Of a stretch of DNA of 64,000 bases, positions 12,850-25,978 are shown piece after piece. This DNA comes from Octopus vulgaris (lineage: Eukaryota). Position 1 is the first letter of the stretch. Each line of letters starts with the position of its first letter. A program made the translations under genes and the position numbers. The stretch covers positions 148,118,001 to 148,182,000 of the forward strand of contig OX597817.1 of NCBI GenBank assembly GCA_951406725.2, written 5' to 3'. Under the pieces are notes generated by a model that saw only the letters and a list, made by a program, of their open reading frames with translations, did not search any database and was not told the origin of the DNA.

Positions 12850-13800
12850 GGCAGTGGTCTTATTTTTTATCACGTGCTTCCACTGCGCTCCGAGCGCAGC
12901 TCTGTGTGCCTTGGGTGTATGTTGTGGTTTGTTGTGATGCTCTTATGTTTACTGTATTGAAAGTGTTTTACATAGGATGTGTGCGGTGCCTAGAAGTGCT
13001 ATCTTCTGTAAGTCATATATACTTGTTGGTCTTGGTGTTTTTGCTATGTATTTCTCTGAATCCTTCTTCATCATACCTAATGCGCCCACTATGATAGGAA
13101 TTGTTTTTGTTTTTAGATTCCACATTCGAGTTACCGCTATTTCCAGATCCTTGTATTTTGAAAGTGTCTCCTTATATTTTGAAATTTGTTATCTGTTAGT
13201 ATTGGTACATCGATTAGAAAGTATTTTTGTTCTTGTGATCTTTGACAACTTTATCCAGCCTACTGGCCTTAATTTCTCTATCTGTGTGTATTGGCATGTC
13301 TCATAGTATAGTTGCTTGTTCTTTTTCTGTTACTTTTTCTGGCGTGTGCCTATACCATCTTTTCCTTTCTGCTGTTATTCCATAGTGTTGGTATAGCTTC
13401 CAGCGCATATAGGTCCCAATCTTTGTGTCTGTGAATATATTTCTTCTCAGCCAGGACAGGACAGCCAGAGACAATATGGTTTTTGGTTTCTTCTGCATCT
13501 TCACATATTCTGCAGTTAATTGTATTTGTTATCATTATATGTTTTTGGTAATTACTGTAGGGAAGGTTTTGATTTTGTGTTGTAATTAAAAATCCTTGAG
13601 ACTTTCTATTGAGTCCTGAGCTTCTCAGCCATTGTTGGGTTTGTGCTTTATCTATTTCTTTTTTGTTTAGTTTAACCTAGTATTTGCCATGAAGGGGTTT
13701 TTCCTGCCATCGTTTTACCTTGATCCAGTTTTAGCTTGGATTTCAGTCGCTTTACAGCTTTTGTTGTTCCTTATTTTTCTTCATAGTTGTTTTATAATAT
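12850..13800 (-). mobile_element. 5'-truncated R4/Dong LINE pseudogene
   Basis: CCHC finger CRICEDAEETKNHIVSGC, YIHRH, IVGALGMMKK...ALLGTAHIL; frameshifted. Confidence 0.9.
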
Positions 13801-14059
13801 GACTTTTTCTTCTTCTTCTTCTTCTTCTTCTTCTTCTTCTTCTTCTTCTTCTTCTTCTTCTTCTTCTTCTTCTTCTTCTTCTTCTCCTCCTCCTCCTACT
13901 CCTCCTCCTCCTTCTTCTTCTTTTTCTTCTTCTTTTTTCTCATTTATGGTTTCTTTTCATTATAACGTTATTTCAGCTGCCTTAGTACCGTACATCTTCC
14001 GGGGATCAAGAGTAACAAGGGCACATTTGTTTTGCTGTGCATGCTAAAATTATCACCAC

Positions 14060-14912
14060 ATTTATTCCTTTTTAGATGGAGAGTGCTTTCAGTAGTATAT
14101 AGGCTGAGCTCATCAAGGTTATCTTTCGTAGTTCAAGGAGATTGGAGTTACCAGGGGGTCGCTTAATATACTTCTCAGCTCCCTTCTTTATCATTCCCAA
14201 TGCACCAATCCCTACTGGCATTTTCGTACTGCTAAGCTTCCACATTTTTGTGATTTCAATTTGCAAATCTTTCAGATCTGTCCCGTGTAACCATTATTGT
14301 GTTAGATTTTGATTAGTATGCGGCTTGTACATGCGGTTAGGGTATTTTCCATGCAATGCAGGAGTTTATTTTCCAGTTGTTTTCGATTTTATTCATGTAA
14401 GTCTTCTTTGCTTTTCGTTTTGATATTTTTTTTTGTATCAATGATAGGTTTATCACTATTTGTACCACTGTGGACTTTCTGATTGTTAATTTCTAAATCA
14501 GGAGAAGCAATGGTAGGTCTGTCAGTATTTGGGTGCCTTTGGTCATTCTTATTGTTAAATTGTAGGCCAAGAGACTTTTTAAATTTCTGACTAAGTTTCA
14601 TAACTGAAGCTTCCTTGGAATCTTCATGCTCCAGTGCAGCTCGTAAGAGCACATCTCTTGTTGTATTAAAGTATGTTTCAAGGCCTATTATTGCTGGTTT
14701 GAAGGATGGTTCTAGCTGTATCAGGCCTCTTTCACCTATTTTTCGTGAGAGATAGATATTGTCTACATCTGATGTTGGATGGTGCATTCAGTACTTTGTA
14801 AGGGTTTTACAGAACTCTCTATCCATATTCTACATGTCAGTGAGACTCCACTTACTGATATCGAAGCTATATGTGGTTACTGGTATGGCCAAAGAATTGA
14901 TCGCATTGAATC
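14060..14912 (-). mobile_element. R4/Dong LINE fragment, different subfamily, internally deleted
   Basis: AINSLAIPVTTYSF, MHHPTSDVDNIYLSRKIGERGL, EITKMWKL...VGIGALGMIKKG. Confidence 0.85.
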
Positions 14913-14935
14913 TGTTATTATTATTATCATTATTA

Positions 14936-15041
<106 letters not shown>

Positions 15042-15064
15042 CATCAACATTATTATTATTTATT

Positions 15065-15225
15065 GTCTTTGCACAGCTTCTAACGCTGGAAATGTACTAG
15101 GATGCCAGCTGTTCACCAGCAGTGAACTAAGGTAACGCCCCTAACTTTTCGAGCACTATCCGGAGTATTCGAGCAGTTCCAAGCAGTGTTGTTTTCTGGA
15201 AGTGCTCCACCCTTATTGCAGCCCA
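15065..15225 (-). mobile_element. Short R4/Dong 3' fragment
   Basis: VEHFQKTTLLGTARILRIVLE next to (TAA)n. Confidence 0.7.
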
Positions 15226-15449
15226 TATTAGTTATGTTAAAATACAACACGTATAACAATGAAAATAGATGCAAGGCCTAATTCTTGAAATTCCTTAAAT
15301 CGTTCGAAGATTTAGAATTACATTTCCAACGACAAAAAGAATTTAAAACGATTAAATGTGTATTTGTGCGTCCAGAAATTTAATTATATATAGATATATT
15401 TATGTATATATATGTATGTATGTACATATATGTATGAGCATATGTATGA

Positions 15450-15501
<52 letters not shown>

Positions 15502-15556
15502 TTTTATATGTGTGTGCGTATATATGTGTATTTATATATATGTATGTGTGTATATG

Positions 15557-15588
<32 letters not shown>

Positions 15589-15634
15589 TATATACATACA
15601 TATATATATATACACATATATATATATGTGTATA

Positions 15635-15722
<88 letters not shown>

Positions 15723-15887
15723 CACACATACATATACATAAATACACATATATACGCACACACATATAAACACACATATATACACACACACGCACATACA
15801 TTCACACACACACACACTCACACACACACACACATATATACATATCGTTTGTAAATATAATTCCGAAATAGGAAGTACACTCAAAGA

Positions 15888-17100
15888 CAGTGGTTCCCAA
15901 ACCGTGCGTCGCAACATGTAATTAGGTGCCCCTCGAAAAAGAAAGATTATATTTCAAAATACGAAAAATACAATTGAAATTCACAAGTAAGTCAATATAT
16001 AAATGTCTCAGTTGCAAAAAGACTAAATGCTAAGTTCTAGACGAAGAATGAGAGGTGCTTGTGTCATTCACTTCATTTATGCTAATTATGGTATGACAGT
16101 GTTATTCAACTTTGAATCTGAAATTTCATAAGGATAAGAACCTAATTAGCATCAAGCTATCCTCGAAATTGACGTCTTTGGAGATATTTAGTGCACGACT
16201 ATGTTTCAGTTTATTCAGTAGCCTCTGCAGTTTTTATTTCAATTTATAATTGTGAAAAATAAAGTATGGAACTAAAATAAATGATGTTGAACTAAATCTT
16301 TTAATACGTCCTCATGTATTGCAGCTGTATTTCAATTTTTTCATTCATAGAGTGGCGAATATTTTCCTCTTTTCAATTAATCTTGAAAGGCTTCTCAACA
16401 GAGTCCGATAATATGTGACACGCTGCCACTTTTCACAGCTCACTTGTCACTTGTCTCAGTTTGACTCTATTACTGATCTGTGCTTTTGTGTAATACAATT
16501 CATATTAACAGACTAAATTACCCATAAAATGGAGAATTTTATTTAGAGGAAACATAACCATGACGATTATGATTCTGAAAGTGAACATGTTTACACAAAT
16601 GCAACTAAGCATAGTGATGATGATGCGAAAACTCGACCCAATCGTAAATATTGCAACAGCCACTTAATGTTTGTGTTTCATTGGACTGGCAACGATGATC
16701 AACCTCTTCCGCTGTGGGTTGGTTGTGGTGAAAAGATGTCTAACGAAGGCAAGTTGCCCAGAAAGTTGAAAAATGACACTTTACGACTAAACACCTCTTC
16801 AATGTAAAGATCTGATTTATTTCCAAAGATTCCTAGAACGGCAACCTAACCAAATAAACTGTTTTGAAAAAAAGATGAATGCTTCTGAAAAGGTTTAAGT
16901 CGCGTCTTTTGAGAAAGCCGAAATGATTGCACTGCAAACGAAATCGTATAACTTAGCCGAGTCGATTATCTTACCCACTTGCAGAGAGATGGTTAAAAAC
17001 ATGCTAGATGATGAAGCCGAGTAAGAAATAAACAAGATTCCGGTCTCAAATAATTCAATCCATAGGGGTACGGATTTATCAGCTGATATAGAGTGTTCGT
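15888..17100 (+). mobile_element. hAT Buster/Charlie-type transposon, left end and N-terminal transposase relic
   Basis: TIR CAGTGGTTCCCAAAC; RKY...PLPLWVGCGEKMSNEGKLPRKLK and LAESIILPTCREMV...KIPVSNNSIHR motifs with stops. Confidence 0.8.
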
Positions 17101-17439
17101 TCATCCTGAAACAAACTTTTTTCCTGTTTATCCTTCTTGTATATGTAGTGTTGGAGTAACTGAAAAATAACGAACACAGAAGGGAACCAGATTTATCCAA
17201 AAATATCGATCGCTGTGAAGCTACATTTATTCATTTTAATTAAGCTAATTAAGTTTTGATTAATATTTCATTATTGTTTATTACTATTTGACTTTGAGTA
17301 ATAAGTATCAATAATCATCAGTGAAGAAAACTAGTATTCCGCATTTTATCTTGTTATTAATAGAAACATCCCTTGTTAATATCAGTATGTGTGTTTTGCA
17401 AACAACTTGCACATGCAAGTGCTATCAGTCGAGAACTCC

Positions 17440-17990
17440 GCATGCCGGAAGCCAACAAGTGTATGGGGTCATCAGGAGACTATGCGCTCCGTTTCGGGGC
17501 CTTCCTCTGTCGACGGCATCAATGCGCACCGACCCCCATTACCGATATGAGGCACCGATTGCTAGATTAAATGGTTATCAAATGAAGCTCAATATTCTTC
17601 TAGCCATCGCTCAACATCTTTATTTAACCAAGTCCAGTGGCTAACTTTTTCCACAGTAGTTTGGATATCGGTCATGGTGTTATTTACCCTACGATGAGTT
17701 AGGCCTAACGATAACAACAGCCGTCTCACACTGTGTCCAACGAACCCTCTACATCCGACTTCGATTGGAAAATGCTCTGTTTTCCAGCCTGTGTCTTTAC
17801 ATTCCTCGAGGGCTTTTACATAACGCTCAATCTTTTGAGCCCGGAGTGGCGTCCAAGTTATCTTCATGAGGAACCATTAACTCGAGTACATTCACAACTT
17901 CCTTTCACACCACATTAAAATGTCCGGTTTTCTCGTAACTGGGATAGGAAAGAGTCCCTGGCTCCCTTCCAATTTATAATAACGACGCGA
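17440..17990 (-). mobile_element. HERO-type (R2 group) non-LTR retrotransposon 3' fragment
   Basis: RKPDILMW, LELMVPHEDN and GWKTEHFPIEVGCRGFVGHS...SHWTWL, typical of this REL endonuclease C-terminus. Confidence 0.8.
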
Positions 17991-18141
17991 ACAAGTGGCA
18001 GTCATGGAATTATAACAATATGAACACTAACTATAGAGTCATGAGTATTTTTATAAATATAAAACCGGTAAACATGACATTTCGTACATAAAGTTTCGTT
18101 ATGAAGATCTTATATTTACTTCTCCATTTAATACACGCGCG

Positions 18142-18202
<61 letters not shown>

Positions 18203-18206
<4 letters not shown>

Positions 18207-18566
18207 TATTAATAAAGATGCAAAGATATCGCAAAAACTGTTACTCAGAATTTCACGTCCCTTTCTTCGGACAGTTTTGGTTGGGCATGGAACAAAAATT
18301 GGTTTTGTTTCTTTGGTCTCTTCTGCTAACGGCCTTTTCAGTAACTGGATATATGACATTAATATTACGACTTAAAATATTATTTTACATAATATGATTT
18401 TAAATCGGGATTTTAAACACAACTGTCCAACGAACGAGACTGTGAAACTCTGAGTAACAGGTTTTGTTATGCCTTAGCAGTTTTATTAATAAAGCACATT
18501 ACTCTACCTCCAGTATTCGAGTATTATTTCTTTCCACCTTGTTTCACAGTTATGTGCTTACTCTGG
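18203..18566 (+). mobile_element. ORF-free fold-back pLTR insert with two inverted hammerhead copies
   Basis: Arms about 18204-18276 and 18421-18493; CTGT-CCGAAGA...GAAA-TTCTGAG-TA-ACAG on minus (18238-18274) and CTGT-CCAACGA-ACG...TGT-GAAA-CTCTGAG-TA-ACAG on plus (18423-18460); tail on the right. Confidence 0.75.
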
Positions 18567-18573
18567 TATATAA

Positions 18574-18970
18574 ATATTATATTGTATATTAAGTGCAGGA
18601 AAATTATATCAAAAATCATCACAGAAGATGTAAGTCCAAAATAATATTGTGTTAATAGATAGATGTATAAATATATAATGTATAATTATTTATTTAAAAG
18701 GTTTAAAAGTTAAAAATATCTAAGATAATTTAAACTTTTAAACCTTTTAAATAATCATACTTCTATATTATACATCTATATATTAATATAACATTATTTT
18801 GGAATTTTATCTTCTCTGATAATATTTTGATGTAATTTTCCTGCACTTATTTCATAATATAATATAATCGCTCTTATTAAATGTCTAAATTTAGTGTTTT
18901 AGACATTTCCCTACCAAGAGCACTTATTAAAAAAATCAGTATATTGTATTCTCTTTGAATATATTTGATT

Positions 18971-18975
<5 letters not shown>
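18574..18975. mobile_element. AT-rich fold-back insert (about 145-bp arms) with right tail ending at (TA)n
   Basis: AAGTGCAGGAAAATTA... pairs with ...TAATTTTCCTGCACTT; centre near 18722. Confidence 0.7.
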
Positions 18976-19034
<59 letters not shown>

Positions 19035-19038
<4 letters not shown>

Positions 19039-19190
19039 AGAGTTCACGAGAAAAGTAAAAGACGAAGACTGGTGGTGTACAAAACAAACAGATGTATTAG
19101 TATAACGCTCACGAATTGAAAATGTCTTTTACGTTTTGAGCCTACGCTCTTCTACAGAAAGGGACACAGACAAAACAAGGAGAGGAAAAA
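19035..19190 (-). mobile_element. Penelope-type pLTR fragment with degenerate minimal hammerhead
   Basis: Minus CTGTAGA-A-GAGC-GTAG-GCTC-AAAA-CG-TA (GAAA mutated at a CpG); flanked by TA repeats. Confidence 0.6.
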
Positions 19191-20132
19191 TATATATATA
19201 TAGCTAGATGTACACATACACACATACCCAAATATTGTAACATTGTATAACTAATTTTCGAATCTGCAGTGATCTAATTTGATATCAAAGTTTCAAATTG
19301 TTTTCTTTTTTAAATTCAAATAGTTGTTCATTCCTGTTAAATTTTACTTCGATGTGATTCTAAAATTGATAACTTAAAAGTCATAACATAGTGTCTTTGT
19401 GGGTTATATAAAATTTTGCTTGCAAGTAAATTATGCGAGTCAAACGCAATCAAGAAATGAGTGCATTTTAATGATTCATTTAATGTTTAAGTTCCACTTA
19501 TCACTTTCTCTAGTTGACTTTTTTACCCAACATCAAAAATACATATTTAGAGCAGTTTCAGACTTGCATCCAAATATGGATAACCATATGTGAACTTCTT
19601 TGGTATTTTTTAAATAGATTTCAGGCAAGCAACCGCTATATTGCAAAAGGGATTAGATGAATACAATAAGCCATTTTCTACATCTGGTACCACAGGTTAC
19701 AATCACAGCCTTCTAACACATGACTCTCTTTAGGATATTTCTGCTTATTGTAATGTAAGCACTCCTATCCAGTTTCTAATCAGGCTCAAGTTCTCGCTAC
19801 TTGTTGCTTTATGAAGTGAGATTTTTGTCAGTGGGAATTAAAACACCTGTATATACATTACATTCTGGCAATATTCCCTAATTAGCACTCGTGTTATTCA
19901 ATATTGGCTTATTCTCGCATAAGCATGACATCAAATAAAACTAATAGTTAAATATGAAGCAGAAACAACTTGTGGCGTCTGGTCCAATCACCAAAACCTA
20001 CACTAAATTCAAGCGAAAAATAAAATTGAAAATATTGTTTATTTTCATATATATCTATCGTTCACTTCCCACACCAAAGATGCGGTCGAAAAAAAAAAGT
20101 TCTTTTCTCAAAAAATCCATTTTTATACATAT

Positions 20133-20697
20133 TCTTTTCTACTCTAGACACAAGGCTCGAAATGTTTGGGGCGGGGACCAGACGATTATATCGACCCCAG
20201 TATGTAACTCGTACTTAATTTACCGACCCCCAAAGGATGAAAGGAAAAGTCAACCTCGGCGGGATTTGAACTTAGAACGTAGCGGCAGACGCAATACCTA
20301 TTTCTTTACTACCCACAAGGGACTAAACACAGAGAAGACAAACAAGGACATACAAACGGATTAAGTCGATTTTATCGAATCCAGTGCGCAACTGGTACTT
20401 ATTTAGTCGACCCCGAAATAATGAACGGGAAAGTCGACCTCGGCGGAATTTGAACTTGGAACGTAACGGCAGACGAAATACCTATTTCTTTACTACCCAC
20501 AAGGGGTTAAACACATAGAAGACAAACAAGGACAGACAAACAGATTAAGTCACTTATATAGAGCCCAGTGCGTAACTGGTACTTGTTTAATCGACCCCGA
20601 AAGGATGAAAGGCATAGTCGACCTCGGCGGAGTTTGAACTCAGAACGTAGCGGCAGACGAAATACGGCTACGCATTTAGCCCGGCGTGCTAACATTT
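20133..20697 (-). mobile_element. SINE family B, three-module form
   Basis: About 185-bp module repeated in tandem (20298-20480, 20481-20665) plus terminal module. Confidence 0.85.
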
Positions 20698-20699
20698 CT

Positions 20700-22550
20700 G
20701 ATTTCTTTAATTAGGCACAAGGCCCCAATAGAGAAAGGACAAAACAAAAACACATTATTTACGTTCGACGTATAATTGTCCTCTTCTTTTTTGTTGTTAA
20801 CACAAGGTTTCGGCTGATATACCCTCCAGCATTCTTCGCGTATCTTGGGGAAATTTCGAAAATAGTTTCTCATTCCTACAGTATTTTTCGATGTTATTAT
20901 TATTATCATTATTGTTGTTGCTGTTGTTGTTGTTGTTGGTGGTGGTGGAATCGAACGCGGAAACTACTACGCCATATGCCCGTAGGCAATTATGGAGTGA
21001 ATCTGGGGGCTTATACATCTTATATTTTCCTATCCTTCCTTAGTACCGCTTCCCATATGCTACTCATATCTGCACTCGGTCTGCTTAGGAGGTTGTTGTG
21101 TTCTAGCGTATGTGCTGCTACTTTTAGTTTTCGTATATTCCAGTGGTGTTCTCTGTCTATTATTTTAACTTCATCCTACAGTGGGAGGTGGTCTCCATTT
21201 TTCCATACATGCTCAGCTATACCCGATTTATCAATATCTCCTCGTGTTACGGCTTTGCGATGTTCCTCTACCCTCATTTTGAGGGGGCGGCATGTTTCGC
21301 CTTTGTATAACCTACCACAACAGCATGAGATGGAGTACATGCAGTCTTTTGCTATATTCTCTTCTATTGATGGTTTTACTAGAAAGAAATATTTGTGAAG
21401 TGTTATATTACTCTTGAATAGTGTCCTGATGTCATATGGGCCGCATATCTTTTGTATCTTTTCGGAGTGGCCTTTCACATAGGGTAGACAGACTGTGGAC
21501 AGTTTTATTGGCCTCATCCTCCCTCTTCTTCATAACTGGAGTGGATAGTATACTTCTGGGGTAGTTGTTGCTTAACAGATCGTTATTAGCTTGATCATTT
21601 CTTTGTGGTGTGTATCACGATCGCTGCTTATATTCTTTACACGATGTTTTAGGCACTGAGCAATCTTTCTCTTTACACTGTATGGATGGTGGAAATGGAA
21701 GTTGAGGTATTGTCCACTAAAGGTCGGCTTGCGGCATACGGATGTCCTGAATACATACTTGGTGCATGTTATTAATACGTCCAGGAATGCCAGCTGATTT
21801 TCTGTTTCCCTTTCCATTGTAAACTGTATGGATGGCCTTATTGAGTTCACATGATCTAACAGTACTTGGACTTCTTCCTGGTGTGGCCATGGTATAAAGG
21901 TGTGATCAACATATCGTAGCCATAGTGTTGGTGTTAGTAGTGTTGATCCTAAAGCCAAATTCTCAACGTATTCCATGTATATATTGGTTAATATTGGTGT
22001 TAATGGTGAACCCGAAGGTACACCCTCTTCCTGTCGATATATATCAATGTCCATACTAAAGTAGGTTGTTTCTAAACAGGTCAACATTTCCATCAAGTTT
22101 CTTATTGGTATACTAGTGCGTTCCTTTAGTTGGGTGTCTGTCACTAGTTTTTCTTGAATCACCGATAGTGCTTCACCATTTGGGACTTCGGTGAACAGAC
22201 TTATCACATCTAGACTCACCATCTGCTTGGATTCAGTGGGGGTTTCCTTGATCAATTCTGTGAAGTGGGTGGAATTCTTCATGTACGATGTTGACTTTCC
22301 TGCTGATGGACTGATTATATCTGCAACGAAGTAGCTCAGTGGATGATATGCTGAACCTCTACAGCTCACTATAAGTTTTAATAGAAAACCATCCTTATGA
22401 ATCTTAAAGAGACCGTACAGATCTTGTTGGATTCTCTTTCTATCATCATCTCTGGTTATTTTCCTAAGAAATTAAGATAACCTCTCTTGGATTTCGTTAT
22501 TTAGTTGAGGTATTTTCCAACACAGATCTTGATCACGAACAAGGATCACT
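20700..22550 (-). mobile_element. 5'-truncated Penelope-like element (Penelope/Poseidon type), pseudogenised
   Basis: LYGLFKIHK, SLDVISLFTEVP, GVPSGSPLTP, RYVDH, AFLDVLI RT motifs (21572-22420); GIY-YIG CMYSISCCCGRLYKGETCRPL (21176-21517); degenerate hammerhead at 20800-20843. Confidence 0.92.
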
Positions 22551-22629
22551 TGACACCGATGAAGTACAGACAACTGATTCAACACCACAGTAAACTTCCA
22601 CACATATACGGTCTCCCTATATAGTATTT

Positions 22630-23006
22630 TCATTCTTTTATTCTTTTACTCGTTCCAATCACTTGACTGTGGCCAAGCTGGATCACCACTTTTAGTCGAG
22701 AAAATCGAGCCCAGGACTTATTCTTTGTAAGCCTACTACTTATGCTATATTTTGCCGAACCACTAAGTTACGGGGACGTAAACACACCAGTATCGGTTGT
22801 CCATCGATGTTGCGATGACAATCACAGACTCAAAAACATATACACACACTTCGGACATCTTTCAGTTTCCGTCTATCAAATCCGCTCACATGGCTTTTTC
22901 CGGCCCGTAGCTATAGTAGATACTTGACCAAGGTGCTATGCAGTGGGACTGAATCCGGTACCATGTGGTTGGTAAGCAAGCTGCTTACCACACATCCACT
23001 CCTGCA
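22630..23006 (-). mobile_element. SINE family A
   Basis: Aligns by eye with 2461-3090. Confidence 0.85.
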
Positions 23007-23950
23007 CTAATATGTAAGTATATGTAAGATATCCTGCAAGACTGTATAAACGGGTGGTTAAAATAACTTCTGCGTTAATCTCGAACTTATTACTATATTT
23101 TTAATATGAAATAATTGAACTTATCCAAACATTGTTAAATAATTTCTAAGTTAATTTCTTGTTAAGATTGTTTTGATTCGAAGACTCACTTCGCTTAGAC
23201 ATTTCGAGATATGTGTCACTACGCAAAGAAAGCTGTGACCAAAGAAATAATTAGTTGAATAAAATGAAAAACTGAATAAAAATAGAAATTACAAAAGAAC
23301 TAAATTATCTGACAGATTTGAAATTACTCGAGACATAAAAATGAAAAAAGTTTACCGTTCTCTTATATAGGCATTGGCTTGTATCCAAGACATTCCCAGA
23401 AGTCTTTAAAAAAGTTATTTTTTTTATTTTGTAATGAAAACTGTCAAAAGCAGATATTAGTTAAAATTAGAATAAGAATATTATAAAAAAAAACACATAT
23501 CAACGCATCAGAAATTAGCTGTACATAAAATTAAAATTAAAAATAAAATGAGATACGAAACCAGTAAAATAACACCACAGGCTCTGTCTCAGAGTCACTG
23601 TCGACTATGGAAACATTATTTTTGTGGCTGTTGTTATTGTTGTTGATCAGGATGTCTTTGTGTTGTATTATGAAAGCGATTTATCAGGAATATTACGAGG
23701 ACAGCGTAAAAATATTCTTCAAATCCATGGAGTACAATGTTTATTTCTCATATTCGTAGTCTGCAAAATAAACACTCTGATTAAATAGATCTAAGTAGAA
23801 TGTTGATGAGAATGTTGATTTATGCTTAATAAAAATTTGAATTTTCTCTTTCCTTTGCATAAATATTAGTTTATAAATGTGAAATTTCTTCTCCTTTTAT
23901 GTCGTTATATCTCTGAGGTAGCGGTTGTATGTTAAGAAGGCTACGTTCCA

Positions 23951-24214
23951 AATTAAAAAAAATAATAATAAATGTTCCTTCTCGAGCCAGGATCATAAGG
24001 GCCGGTTTCCCGGATTCAGTGGCGTAGAAATTCCCCACCTGGACGGGAGGCCTGTCCGTCGCAGGATTACTCATTTTTCCCGCTGAGAGGAGGACTGGAG
24101 CAACGTGAAATGAAGTGTTTTGTCAAGAACACAACTCATCGCCCGGTCCAGGAATCGAGACTACAACCTTACGTTCTTGAGCTCAACACCCTAACCACTA
24201 AGCCACGCGCCTCC
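23951..24214 (-). mobile_element. tRNA-headed SINE family D
   Basis: Head GGAGGCGCGTGGCTTAGTGG, B-box-like TCGATTCC, 8-bp TSD ACGTTCCA (23943-23950, 24215-24222). Confidence 0.85.
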
Positions 24215-24299
24215 ACGTTCCATACTGCAACATTTTATATAATTTTCTTGTAGTACTGGAAACTGTGGAAGCCCATCATGTAATGTAATGTATACAAAT

Positions 24300-24594
24300 A
24301 CCCAATGTATGCGCTTTACTTGTTCACACGTAGGTTTCAAATTGGCGTGGTGGAGACAACTGTAGCAAAGTGCTGGGTGTTAAAACACATGAAAGTCACA
24401 GACAGGTGACCCAAAATCTGGGGTGGATTGCCTCGTCTATCTATGACTTTCAGGGGTTTTAACACCCGGTACTTTGAGGGATCCATCTCCATCATGTAAA
24501 ATTTGTACCAAATCATCGAACAGGCAGAATGCATAGATTGAGTTCGTGTGTTCGATAATGTTTACATCACTATCGCTTCTAACGCATATTTCAA
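24300..24594. repeat. Fold-back insert with right tail ending at (TA)n
   Basis: AAAGTGCTGGGTGTTAAAACACATGAAAGTCA pairs with TGACTTTCAGGGGTTTTAACACCCGGTACTTT (core 24367-24475). Confidence 0.75.
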
Positions 24595-24600
24595 TATATA

Positions 24601-24636
<36 letters not shown>

Positions 24637-24646
24637 TGTATGTATG

Positions 24647-24675
<29 letters not shown>

Positions 24676-24677
<2 letters not shown>

Positions 24678-24911
24678 GAAAAAAAGACGAACACACATGC
24701 ACGAATTGTGCGTGTTGTTAGTTCGTCTGGCGGCGTAAGATAATATATATTCTTAATGGACTTTAAGGTACCCTTACACTAAGGGCATTGAGAATTTATT
24801 CTCTTTCGTCTAAAAATTGCAGCCGCCGAACGAAATAACAACACACACACACGTCGTGTATGTGTTCGACATTCTTTATATACCTCGCGCTGCTTCTAAT
24901 TTATATTTCAA
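24676..24911. repeat. Fold-back insert with right tail, between (TATG)n and (TA)n
   Basis: Arms about 24683-24734 and 24822-24877. Confidence 0.75.
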
Positions 24912-25051
24912 TATATATATATATATAACAAAAATAATATGACGGAATATTATTCCAAGCTTAAAGGGAAAATTTCAATTTAGAAATACTAATTCAAATT
25001 TCACAAAATATACCACACACACACACGCACACACGCACACACGCACACACA

Positions 25052-25105
<54 letters not shown>

Positions 25106-25114
25106 CATATATAT

Positions 25115-25363
25115 GAATTTTAAAAAAACACCTTTTATAAATTCAATAATGAAAAATTAAATTATACCATTTAGAAAAATTACATATTATAGAAAGATTA
25201 AATATAAGATAAAACATATAACAATGATTAAGTAATGTGCAAAATAATTAACAAAACGTATATATTTGGTATATATTTAATCTTTCTATAATATGTAACT
25301 TTTCTAAATGGCATAATTTAATTTTTCATTATTGAATTGATAAAAGGTGTTTTTTTTCTAATT

Positions 25364-25365
<2 letters not shown>
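25115..25365. repeat. AT-rich fold-back (about 92-bp arms) between (TA)n and (CA)n
   Basis: 25115-25206 is the near reverse complement of 25272-25365. Confidence 0.85.
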
Positions 25366-25451
<86 letters not shown>

Positions 25452-25456
25452 CACCC

Positions 25457-25500
<44 letters not shown>

Positions 25501-25978
25501 CATTTTTATGTACAAAAAATCCTTTGAGCATTATACGCTCGTAATACGCATCGTAATAGAGTAGCTATTTTTGCAGTTTATCCAACAAAAAGTTTCATTG
25601 GTTTTCAAGTTTCAGCTGGTTTTCTGCCGTCAAAATTCTGTCGAAGGCCAGTAATCTCAAACTTCGAAGTGATTGTCAACCTTCTTGCAAACGATTTATA
25701 GGTGTGCGTTTTTTTATGCGTTTATATGTTTATGGCTGTGTGTGTGTGTGTCTTTGCGTTTGTTCTTCGCTTCTGCTTTACAACTAGTTTTGGTTTGTTT
25801 AAATCTGAGGTCCGACAAAATAGTCATATATAATATACACTGGACTCTAAAAAACAAGAAAAAAGTACTGGGTTGGATTTTATCGATGAAACTCTTCTGT
25901 GTGGTGCCCCTGCTTGTCTGCATTGGACTAACTAAAGGAAGTAAAAATAAAGAGGGGCAATATTCAAACATAGAAAAT

